A stretch of 64,000 bases of DNA from Malacoraja senta. Its lineage: Eukaryota. Below, piece after piece: positions 35,976-47,053 of the stretch; the first letter of the stretch is position 1; every line of letters begins with the position of its first letter. The translations under genes and the position numbers were made by a program. Where the stretch lies: positions 248,001 to 312,000 of the forward strand of contig JAXLNO010000079.1 in NCBI GenBank assembly GCA_038087875.1, given 5' to 3'. The notes under the pieces were generated by a model. The model worked only from the letters and a program-made list of their open reading frames with translations, had not been told where the DNA came from and searched no databases.

Positions 35976-37212
35976 TTAGGGTTAGGGTTGGGGTTAGGGA
36001 CCACAGATGGGCTGTAAAATATTCTTCCTTCAATGCATGGATTTTAAACATTAATATATTAAAATTAATACAATAAAATCAATTGTGCAAATGAAAAGAT
36101 GTCTGAGTCGTTCAGTTTTATTTACAGATGTATTGGTCCGCTTCCAGATCCAAATCACCGTCTCTAACTTTTCACAGGGATGGATTCAGTGAGTGTAGAC
36201 TGAACTCCCCTCTCCCCTCCACCCCCCTCTTCCCCCCTCCCAGCCCCATCCCTCCTTCTCCACTCCCCCCCACCCTTCTCCCTTCCCCTCTCTGCCCTTC
36301 TTCCTCTTCCCCGCTCCACTCTTCTCCCCCTTCTCCACTCCCCCCCTCCCCCCCTCCCCTCACATCCCCTACTCCCCTCTCCCTCCTCCCATTTTCCAAC
36401 CCCCCCCTCCTACTTTCCCCGACGCCCCCCATTTGTGGACCCAGCCTGTGACAGCTAGATCCCACTAATAGTGTTGCACAAAGTCTACTCCACATCATCT
36501 GTTTTAGTAACATTGACTTTGGGATAAATGCAGATATTGGGAACAACACCCCCCACTTCCCACCCCACCCCCTCGCCTTGCTTCAAAATGGGTGGTGGGT
36601 ATTTAAACTCAGTGCCCGGAGCAGGTGGGTGGCACTGGTACATTGACAACATTGCCTGTACCCAGTTGAAAAGCCCGCTGCCTCTGGGGGTTTGGAGAGA
36701 CCATTGGAAGAGAGACCTGCCTCTGGGACAACTCGTGCCCAACAGTTTAGTTCCCATGCAGAATATTGGGGGTTCGAGTCCAACCCCTGGGGCCCCTGTG
36801 TCACATTTAGTTCGGAGATACAGTGCCCTTCAGCCCACCGAGTCTGCAGCGACCAGGGATCCCCCGCAGACTATTCCACACACGCTAGGGACAATTTATA
36901 AACACCAAGCCTATCAACCTAGAGTTAGGGTTAGGGTTACCTCCCGCACTCCAAAGGTTTGTATAAATTGTCCCTGGCGTGTGTGGGATAGTGTGCGGAG
37001 GATCACTGGTCGCAGGCTGGGTCCACAAATGGGCGTCGGGGAAAGTGGGAGGGGGGTTGGAGAAGGGAGGGAGAGGGGGGAGATGCGGATGTGAGGGGAG
37101 TGGAGAAGGGGAAGAAGTGGAGAGGGATGATGGGAGGAAGAGGGGGGAAGGGTAGAAGGGGCTCAGGTGGTCGACACCGCTGCAAATTGTTCTGTTGCTG
37201 TTGTTCCCTTAA

Positions 37213-37334
37213 AGGGCCTGTCCCATTTTGCGATTTTTTTTTTGGCGGCTGCGGAACGTCAGTGACTGACGCCCATAAAACCGTCACTGACGATCCGCAG
37301 TCACCGAAAAAAATCACAAAGTGGGACAGGCCCG
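37213..37334. mobile_element. 122-bp palindromic MITE flanked by TTAA
   Basis: TTAA|agggcctgtccca...gtgggacaggcccg|TTAA; the whole element is an imperfect hairpin. Confidence 0.75.
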
Positions 37335-38282
37335 TTAAGGGAACGACAGCAACAGAACAATTTGCAGTGGTGTCGAGCACCAATCCGCTGCCTGAGCCGC
37401 TGGTTCACAAACAAGCAGCAACTCCACAGGGCAAGGCAGGGAACAAGGATAAGGCAGGAGCTCTCTGAGAAACGCCAGCACAGTTTGCATCAGGCCGTCA
37501 CTGTCCACATCAGTCAAGCTTTCCTTCGCTTGCCGAGCCGGGCAAAATGACACGACTTTTAGGTTGCCTGGCGGGGCTTTAGGTGGCCATTGGCTTCCGG
37601 GCAACCGTTAATTTCGAGCCCTGAATGAGTGAATTTTTGGGTCGACCCTTCTTCAGACTTGTTTTCCATGCTATCCAATCAGATCAGATAATATGATACA
37701 TAAATACAAGCAAGTCAAACTCAAGTACAATAGGTTGAGCAAAGGGGAAGATACAGAGTGCAGAATATAGTTCTCAGCATTGTCGCGCAATAGTTCCAGA
37801 GACAAAGTCCAATGTCTGCAATGGAATAGAGGTGAATTTGCACAGTACCCTAGCTTATGGAAGGGTGGTTTGGAGAAGAAGTATTTTACTTAATCCATTT
37901 TTGGCATGTTACTGTCATTCATATTCAGACATTACTGCTTTTCGATTTATAAGCTTTGTTGTAGTTTTAACCGTGTTCAATCAGACACTGACCCTGAGAC
38001 AACCTTGGGTTGTTGAGGGTTTATACAACAGCTGTTTTATCTCTCCTCCGCTGCTTCCTGCCGCTCGTTTCCAAAACTCCTGCTTCTGCTCTTGACTTGC
38101 AAATTCTTCTCAGCTTTGAAGCCTGGAAATGTGAAATAGCATCACTTTTAATATATGAAACAGCATCCATTCCAGCTACACGTTGTGTTTGAAAAATCTA
38201 TATTTTTGCTTTGATCCATTTTTTACTTGAATTTAAAATAAGAGGTTTGTCCGGTTATCTTTCTTTTCTCCTTCTCTCCTTC

Positions 38283-38853
38283 ATGAGACCACATCTGGAG
38301 TATTGTGTGCAGTTTTGGTTTCCAAATTTGAGGAAGGACATTCTTGCTATTGAGGGAGTGCAGCGTAGGTTCACAAGGTTAATTCCGGGATGGCGGGCCT
38401 GTCATATGTTGATAAAATGGAGCGGCTGGGCTTGTATACTCTGGAATTTAGAAGGATGAGAGGGGATCTTATTGAAACATATAAGATTATTAAGGGTTTG
38501 GACACGCTAGAGGCAGGAAACATGTTCCCGATGTTGGGGGAGTCCAGAACCAGGGACTACAGTTTAAGAATAAGGGGTAGGCTATTTAGAACGGAGATGA
38601 GGAAAAACATTTTCACCCAGAGAGTTGTGAGTTTGTGGAATTCTCTGCCTCAGAAGACGGTGGAGTCCGGTTCTCTGGATGTTTTCAAGAGAGAGTTAGA
38701 TAGTGCTCTTAAAGATAGCGGAGTCGGAATATGGGGAGAAGGCAGGAAAGGGGTAACTGATTGGGGATGATCAGCCATGATCACATTGAATGGCGGTGCT
38801 GGCTCGAAGGGCCGAATGGCCTACTCCTGCACCTATTGTCTATTTTCTATTGT
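38283..38853 (+). mobile_element. CR1 LINE family A 3' fragment
   Basis: [31 protein letters not shown]; tail ctattgtctattttctattg. Confidence 0.92.
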
Positions 38854-39347
38854 GTATTCCTTCTCTCCAGAGATGTTTCCTGTCCCGTTAAGTTGCTCCA
38901 GCATTTTGTGACTACCCCCTATCTTTCTAACCAACTCTCTTCCACAAATTTAATGCACCTGTTCTTGAATTGCCTCAAATTATTGTATTTTTACTTATTT
39001 TGTTCACTGTTTAAAAATTCTTTCAACATTAATGTTTGTTTTCCAAACCCAAATTTCATTTATTTCATGGATTTCTTGTGCACCTTTAGTTATGAGCAAA
39101 GGATTGGTGTTGTCTGCACTCTGGACCTGGTGCTTACTTGGATTTGCATTCGTAGCCTGTGGGGTTGGACACAAGGGCCAAATAGAACCCTGGGGTGAAG
39201 TGTGTTTGGAAACGGGAGATTATTTTAATGTCATAATTTAATATTGATGTGCTAATATTGTATTTTTGAAGCATTTATTTTGGGCCCTAAATTAGGCAAG
39301 GCATAGGAAGGTCCAAAACTAATGCAGGCAAATGGAATTAGGTTGGC

Positions 39348-40040
39348 TGTCCTGATCCCTCAACACCGCCAAACAGATTAAAAAGGCGCATCAGCGCCTC
39401 TACTTTCTGAGGAGGCTTAAGAAATCTCACCTGTCCCCTCAGATGCTGTCCAACTTCTACCGCTGTACCATAGAAAGCATCCTGACTACCTGCGTCACGG
39501 TGTGGTACAACGGCTGCACCACAGCTGACAGGAAGGCACTGCAACGGGTGGTGAAAAACGCCCATCACATCATCGGTGCCCCGCTCCCTGTCATGGCTGT
39601 CCTTCACCGTACACGGTGTCTGAGACGGGCTGGCAAAACCATTAAGGACCCCTCACACCCCAACCATGGGCAGTTTGCCCTCCTCCCATCAGGCCTCAGG
39701 TCTCGCACCAGCAGGCTAAGGAACAGCTTCTTCCCCAACACCATTACCCTGCTGAACTCACAGGCCCCCCCCCCCCCCCTTCTCATCAGTATTATTTATA
39801 GTTTATATAATTTATAGTTAAGCTCTTATTCACCAGAATATAGCACGTCAATCTTTTGCACCTTAACAACTATCTGTATATATGTATGTATATGCCTATG
39901 TACATACACCAATATATCCTCATTTGTATATATTGTCTTAATCAGCACTTTACTACTTTGCACCCTGGTTAGATGCAAAACTGTATTTCGTTGTACTGTA
40001 CTTGTACTATGTGCAATGACAAAGTTGAATCTAATCTAAA
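39348..40040 (+). mobile_element. Rex1/Babar-like LINE 3' fragment
   Basis: ORF 39443..39817 (LSNFYRCTIESILTTCVTVWY...KALQRVVK...DPSHP..GQFALLPSG..RLRNSFFP) is the post-RT (DUF1891-type) domain; tail aatgacaaagttgaatctaatcta. Confidence 0.85.
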
Positions 40041-41153
40041 ATGGACGGTGGGCCGAATGGCCTGTTTTTGTGGCGTATCACTCTGATTTAAACTCTGGAA
40101 AATAGGTATGATGCGATTATTGGACTTTGAATTCAAAGTTCTGGACTAATAATTTGGTGAATACAAATTCAGATCCTATTACAGCAGCTTTAGAATTTGT
40201 TTTATTCAATAAATTACTAATTATTCAATGAAGCATTCAGTATTTTTTTTTAAACATCTGGTTTGCTAACTGGCTTCTGCATAAGCTGCTGCATAAAAGC
40301 ACTTTAAAGAAAAATAAAATTGGACAGATTATTGAGAAGGGGGTGGGAACAGTTGACCTGAGGAAGTGTCACATTCACAATTGTTTGCTGCTGGATAATG
40401 TTATCACCCATCAGAGCCGTGCATCAACCTGACAGTTGTAATCACAGACTCACAGCTCATCAATGGCCACGACTATTCAGCACCTCCAGATGTGACTGTC
40501 CCAAAGGCAAGATAGTCACTGAAATTGGCTAGTTATTTATTGTCAGATAGGAATAACCGTGGGAATCACTAATATTGTCTGAGTTTTGTGGTCTCAAAGC
40601 TTCAGGTTGACATGGATAGCAAAGACTTGTTTATTGTCACCTACGCATTCCCTCAGTGGTGAATCAGTACGTCTTCCATGGGCTACCACAGGGAAGAAAC
40701 ACAGGGTTGAAAAATATAACTTGCTTTTTCTCGTACTTGCCAATGTATTTGTCACAAGCGTGCATTCATGAACATTGTGGCAGCAGTAACCAGCAAACCC
40801 AGTCTGTTTTTCACATCGTATTATCAGGTGTTACCACTGTGCTGAATAGGATAAATTGATCCAGCGGTGGCTGAATGCTGGACATCCATAAGGTACAGTG
40901 CCAGCTATCTCATTGCAATCTAATCTCATGGCTAGGCACATCCCTCATTACCTCAGTCCTTTTTCATGAACAAACTGATTTTGTTCAGTCATAAGTGAAG
41001 GAACATTCTCGTTCTATCAGAGATCAAAGAGGAGACAAATTGATGAAGCTACATAAATGCAGAAGAGTTGTAACGAAGCTGATGCTTCAGGTCAGACCCA
41101 GGCTCCACATTCCTGTAGCCTGTTGCATGTAATCAAAACAAAGATCTTTTTAT

Positions 41154-41630
41154 CAGTCTGAAGAAGGGTTTCGGCCCGAAACGTTACCTATTTCCTTCGC
41201 TCCATAGATGCTGCTGCACCCGCTGAGTTTCTCCAGCATTTTTGTGTACCTTCGATTTTCCAGCATCTGCAGTTCCTTCTTTAACATCTTTTTATCATTG
41301 TTGTGTTATGAATACCACAGAAAATATTATGTACTCTCAAGATCACATTTAATAGAATAATATTGCTTAAATATATAGTTATTGGACTTTGCATTTTGGA
41401 AAAGTCCCAGCTGAGAGGAAGACAGCAAAATACTGAAAATATTGGGGGTGAAAATGACTCCAGGACAGTTTGTTAGGAAAATGAAGGAAATGGTAACAGA
41501 ATACTGAAGAAGGGTTTCGGCCCGAAACGTTGCCTATTTCCGTCGCTCCATAAATGCTGCTGCACCCGCTGAGTTTCTCCAGCATTTTTGTGTACCTTCG
41601 ATTTTCCAGCATCTGCAGTTCCTTCTTTAA
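41154..41630 (+). repeat. Two near-identical Penelope-derived terminal repeats (41154-41284, 41503-41630)
   Basis: Both read ctgaagaagggtttcggcccgaaacgtt.cctatttcc.tcgctccata.atgctgctgcacccgctgag...cagttccttcttta. Confidence 0.88.
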
Positions 41631-42417
41631 TACTTATACTGCGCAGTGAGTATAATTTTATGGATGAGAAATTGTGTTCAACCAATTGATGACTTCTTTG
41701 ACAAAGTAACTAGCATGTTAGATACCAAGGACGCCAATGGATGTAGTAAATTTTGTTATACAAAATTTGGTCTGTGAAGTGCCCCATAAAAGATTACCGC
41801 ATTAGATAAGCACCTATGGACTTGAACGTAATAGGTTAAGCCAGGGGGTCAGATATGGGGCTTTATGTGTTGGCCAGATATATTGTCAGTGCAGAGGGGC
41901 TAGGAGCAAGGTCAAGTGTGCATCCAGTCAAGGTCTGGAATAGTACTAGGTGTGCATTCAAAGCTGGGAAAATGGGAGTGTTCAGCACTGGGAACCTAAG
42001 CAGGTAAGCAGCGATAATCAGGGTGGAATAGGGGGCCAGGTATAAGGCTGGACTCAGGGTCAGGAATGAGAGAAGGTATGCAACTGGAGTCAGGGTCAGG
42101 AGTAGTACCAGGTGTGCAGTGAGACCCAGGTTGGTCAACATGGGCCAAGTGTTTGATTATAATCTGATTTTCATACATGAATATACCAAGATCATTCATG
42201 TGCTGCACCTGTTGCTCAGAGCCGGACTCTACTGTGGAATGTACTTAGGAATGTAATCTAGCCTAACCTTATTCATAGCTAATCCAATTTAAAGCATAAA
42301 TATTGCATTCAAGTGGGGTTAAAAGACTCGCTACAGTATGCACCAGATTTGACAATTTCAAGCTGAAATATGCAAAAGCTCCGTTCAAAAAACACCCTCC
42401 TCCCCCCCCCGGTCGTT

Positions 42418-42968
42418 CCGTGTCCGCGTGCTGGCGTCTGTGTGCTGGAATACGTTTCCATGTGCTGGCGCCCGTGTCCGTGTGCTGGCGCCCATGTCCG
42501 TGTGCTGGGGTACGTGTCCATGTGCTGGCGTACGTGTCCGTATGCTGGCGTCCGTGTGCTGGGGTACGTGTCCGTGTGCTGGCGCCCGTGTCCGTGTGCT
42601 GGCGCCCATGTCCGTGTGCTCGTGTCCGTGTGCTGCCGTCCGTGTCCGTGTGCTGGGGTCCGTGTGCTGGTGCCCATGTCCATGTGCCCGTGTCCACGTG
42701 CTGGCGTCCGTGTCCGTGTCCGCGTGCTGGCGCCCGTGTCCACGTGCTGGGGTCCGTGTCCATGTGCTGCCGTCCGTGTCCACGTGCTGGCGTCCGTGTC
42801 CGCGTGCTGGCGTCCGTGTCCGTGTGCTGGCGTCCGTGTCCACGTGCTGGCGTCCGTGTCTGCGTCCACGTGCTGTCGTCTGTGTCCGTGTCCGCGTGCT
42901 GGGGTCCGTGTCCACGTGCTGGCATCCGTGTCCGTGTCCATGTGCTGGCGTCCGTGTCCACGTGCTCC
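42418..42968. repeat. GC-rich minisatellite (GTGTCC / GTGCTGGC units)
   Basis: cgtgtccgtgtgctggcg array. Confidence 0.95.
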
Positions 42969-43204
42969 ACTGCACCCGTGTGCTCTTTAAACATGCTGGA
43001 GTTTCTGCCTCACAGCCAGTGTGTCCAAACCCCTGGCATCCTCTGTGGCAGAAACATTTGACTTGCCTTCTTATCTTTATACTAATTACTTAAAACCTGT
43101 CCCTTGTTATTGACGCTTGTGATAAATAGGAAGAACTTGTATTTTTTTATCTAAGCCCTTCAGCTGTTACAATGATGTCCAGAGGACACAATCGGTCAGT
43201 TTAA

Positions 43205-43830
43205 TGTTGGCAGTAGGGAAGGTTCCAGAAATAATAGGGACAGAATTGGAAATCACTTGGACAAATGTGGTATGATCAGGAAATGCCAGTGTGGACTTGT
43301 ACAAAGGCACCACAGAGGGAAATGCAGTTAATGTGGTTTATATGGAGTCCCGAAGGCATTTAATAAGATGCCACACAATAGGCTTGTCAGAAGAATGAGA
43401 CCATGGGATGCAGGGGCTGGAGAGGTATGGAGAGAACATGGCCTTTGTAACACAGATCAAATACTGAAAGGATTTTCTTCAGAGAGAAGGGGAATGTATA
43501 ATTGAGTTCCACAAGGACAAGTGCTGTTCTTAAACGTATTAATGATTTGGCTGGAGTTCAACTTGCAAATTTGCACGTGTCAAATGTTGCAGGTGTCGTA
43601 AATTATGAGGATGGTAATTGATCACAGAGAGATCCACACCAGCCAATGGGATGAGTGATTGGGTAGGAGATAAAACTTAACGCTGAGAGATTAGAGTGTA
43701 TTATGTTATTGGACAGATGAGAAAAGGCAGTATAAATGAGTGGGCAACAAGTGAGATCTGGTAGTACGCTGTCGTTTGTGAGAAAATAGATTCCTGGGCT
43801 TGTAACTAGAGTTGTAAAGCACAAGGAAGT
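43205..43830 (+). mobile_element. Highly decayed CR1 RT fragment (a further small piece lies at ~41690-41820)
   Basis: gcagttaatgtggtttatatggagtcccgaaggcatttaataagatgccacac resembles AVDVVYMDFQKAFDKVPH; downstream remnants resemble PQG and KFADD. Confidence 0.55.
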
Positions 43831-43867
43831 CATAGAATCACAGAAATATACATCACTGAGAATAAAA

Positions 43868-44180
43868 AAGACACAGAGTGCTAGAGTAACTCAGCAGCTC
43901 AGCATCTGTGGAGAACATGGATAGGTGACGTTTCACAGAGTGCGGGAGTAACTCAGCAGCTCAGCATCTGTGGAGAACATGGATAGGTGACGTTTCACAG
44001 AGTGCTGGAGTAACTCAGCGGGTCAGGCAGCATCTGTGGAGAAGGTAGACACAAAATGCTGGAGAAACTCAGCGGGTCAGGCAGCATCTATGGAGAGAAG
44101 GAATGGCCGACGTTTCGGGTCGAGACCCTTCTTCAGACTGATGTCAGGGGAGGGAGTAGGACAAAGAAAGAATGTAGGCG
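43868..44180 (-). repeat. Penelope-derived repeats including a 62-bp triple tandem
   Basis: cacagagtgc..gagtaactcagc at 43872, 43934 and 43996, then a canonical copy with the hammerhead-like core at 44113-44136 (-). Confidence 0.85.
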
Positions 44181-44183
44181 GAG

Positions 44184-46290
44184 ACATAGAAACATAGAAT
44201 ATAGGTGCAGGAGGAGGCCATTCGGCTCTTCGAGCCAGCACCGCCAATTTGTGCTGGGCCTCACTCTGACAATGTAGGAGAGAAAGGTCAGATTGGGAAT
44301 GGGAGGGGGAGTTGGGCCACCGGGAGATCAGCTTGGTTACGACCGACTAAGCGGAGGTGTTCAGCGAAACGATCACCGAGCCTGCGTTTGTTCTTGCCGA
44401 TGTAGAGAAGTTGACACCTGGAACAGCGGATGCAGTAGATGAGGTTGGTGGAGGTGCAAGTGCAACCAGGGGCCATTGTTTAAGAATAAGGGGTAAGCAA
44501 TTTACAACAGAGATGAGGAAACACTTTTTCACACAGAGAGTTGTGAGTCTGGAATTCTCTGCCTCCGAGGGCAGTGGAGGCCGGTTCTCTGGATACTTTC
44601 AAGAGAGAGCTAGATAGGGCTCTTAAAGAGGGATATCAGGGGATATGGGAAGAAGGCAGGAACGGGGTACTGATTGTGGATGATCAGCCATGATCACATT
44701 GAATGGCGGTGCTGGTTCAAAGGGCCGAATGGCCTACTCCTGCAATATTGTCTATTGTCCATTGTCTATTGTCTTCCAAACTGAAGAAGAGTCACTAGCT
44801 GAGAACTTACTCAACTTCTCAGAGTATCTTTCCTGTGGAGGAGTGGGCCATTCGGTGGGAGGTAAGTACCAGGGGAGGGGTGGTTTGGGTGGGAAGGGAC
44901 GAATTGACCAGGGAGTTACGGAGGGAGCGGTCTCTGCGGAAAGCCGAAAGAGGAGGAGATGGGAAGATGTGACCAGTGGTGGGATCCCGTTGGAGGTGAC
45001 AAAAATGTCGGAGGATTGTCTGTTGTAATCAAGAACGCATATCGCTCTGTTCCCCGGGCGGCTCTGGATCTCTCCGATCATCGTTTAGTTCACCTTATTC
45101 CTACCTACAGGCAGAAACTAAAACCTACTAAGCCTGTGGTCAGAACAATGAAAAGGTGGACAAGCGAGGGCATTGAAAACCTACAATCCTGCTTTGACTG
45201 CACTGATTGGAATGTGTTCAGGGAAGCAACCACAAGCCTCGATGAGTATACAGACACTGTATCATCATATGTCAGCTTTTGTGAGGACAGTTGCAGTCCC
45301 ACTGGGACCCGGACCTGGTTCAACAACAACAAGCCCTGGTTTACAGCAGAACTCAGACAGCTCCGACAGTTTAAAGATGACGCCTACAGAAGCGGGCATG
45401 CAGACCTCTACAGGCAGGCAAAGTACAAGCTGAGAAGAGGAATCAGAGCTGCCAAGGAAAGGCTTGGCAATCGCTTCGTCCAACACCTCCGCACAGTCCG
45501 CATTAACCAACCTGATCTCCCGGTGGCTCAGCACTACAACTCCCCCTCCCAATTCTTAAACTGTGGCCCCTGGTTCTGGAACCTATGCTCGTGAACCTAC
45601 GCTGCACTCCCTCAATAGCAAGAATGTCCTTCCTCAAATTTGGAGACCAAAACTGCACACATTACTCCAGGTGTGGTCTCACTAAGGCCCTGTACAACTG
45701 CAGAAGGACCTCTTTGCTCCTATACTCAACTCCTCTTGTTATGAGGGCCAACATGCCATTAGCTTTCTTCACTGCCTGCTGTACCTGCATGCTTACCGTG
45801 ATGTAACTGCACCAGCCCTGGTTAGTATAGAAGCATATTCCACCGCCTCTTGATTTCCCCGCTGTCTCCACTTTGCGGTCCGCTCTGACAGTTGCAGCGC
45901 ATTGTCCGGAGTCGACTCACACAGCCAGGTCTCGGTGAAGCACAGGGCAGTGGCTCGAGAGAAGTCCTTGTTTGTTTGGCACAGGAGTTGCAGTTCGTCC
46001 ACTTTGTTGTTGTGAGAACTTACGTTTGCCAGGAATATGCTCGGGAGTGGTTTGCGTGATCCTCGTCGCGGAGTCGGGCGAGTGCTCCAGAGCGCTTCCC
46101 CCGGGTCCTCCTCCGTCTCAAGACTTGAACACAGCCACAGCCCCGTTAAAATAATCCAGTGAGTGAGAGAAATCTGGAACGATGTTTGGAGGTACCGGAT
46201 GTCTGATGTTAATGAGTACCTATCTCATGAACAAACACATACAAAACAGCAAGGAGAAGTACACCGTGGCAGCCATTGTCAGCGCCAGCC
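44184..46290. mobile_element. Scrambled mosaic of CR1, Penelope-like and Rex1-like fragments in both orientations
   Basis: CR1 tail (-) 44184-44248; PLE GIY-YIG (-) ~44250-44462; CR1 3' (+) ~44464-44772; PLE (-) ~44862-45026; Rex1 endonuclease/linker (+) ~45028-45457 ([17 protein letters not shown]); PLE (+) ~45460-45551; CR1 (-) ~45552-45797; Rex1 5' APE (-) ~45797-46290 (LCFTETWL, SRGGGICFY). Confidence 0.8.
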
Positions 46291-47053
46291 GGAGAGAACT
46301 TTATTGATATAGATCGTCTAGAGAAGTTACAGTTCTCATTGGAACAGAGGAGGTGTGAAGGGAGCTGTAAAGGTATTTAAAGATGTCTGGGCAGAATGGA
46401 TAGAGATTGTTTACGGTGACAAAGGAATCAGGAACGAGAGTACAGGTGATTGGCAGTGATATTGTGTGGTCAGGTGTCCAGCCAGAGATGGCCCCAGACA
46501 TGGGCACGGGAGACCACAGGTGTGTCCAGATATGTGCGTGTTACACCCACACAAGGGCAGCTTCCACCATGGTGTGAATGTCTGGACACTCATGGGTAAT
46601 TGCCCGGTGACCAAGATGAACTCCACTCCACGGTAATATCCTGGGAACTCAAACACTGAGTGCAGGTGTGGGGGACAGGAGATGGTCAGTTTAAACCTCA
46701 AGTCTGGGAGGGTAAACTGCAGGGTGGGAAGGGACAGAGCGGGGAAGACTAAATCCAGCCACATCCTTCTCTTAACAAAACGCTTGGAGCACAGTCACTT
46801 CGTAACAACTTCTTCAGAGAAATGCCACCAGCTCCCCTCCTGCCTGTATCGCTGGCCAGACTTGTACTGTCTCTGGAACATTCTGCACTTCATCCACTTC
46901 GCAGCCACTAAACCGGAGAGAACAGAAGGCATCTTACATCCCAAAACACAGCCTAAGAATTCTGCATTTGATGCAAAAGTGGCACGTTATCACGCATCGA
47001 TGCAAGGGTCTGGAACGCACTGATTAGTGAGTGGAGCTGGCTTGTCGTCATAA

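Larger units (their letters stand above)
33986..37623 (-). mobile_element. Internally deleted hAT-type DNA transposon retaining the C-terminal dimerisation domain
   Basis: Imperfect TIRs CAGGGCTCtcacTTAAC / GTTAAtttcGAGCCCTG. The - strand at 35023-35367 reads PEELPNICTFLDLVLTIPASSAEAERGFSRLKTTIRSSLQDDQVTDQLLIMLHASNIKDFDPRPAISLW. It interrupts a Penelope-derived repeat (33923-33985 / 37624-37659). Confidence 0.8.

Noticed and set aside
39032..39241. Hydrophobic ORF (…WTWCLLG…) as a candidate next SLC12A9 exon
   Set aside because: Does not match the expected PTF..FSWHTC..G motif, and I found no convincing phase-2 acceptor.
42269..43093. Overlapping Cys/His-rich ORFs in all six frames
   Set aside because: Minisatellite artefact; the same applies to 50957-51730 and 62501-63062.
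46300..47040. GC-balanced unique-looking stretch with short ORFs
   Set aside because: No motif I can assign; possibly a decayed retroelement, which would need a profile search.
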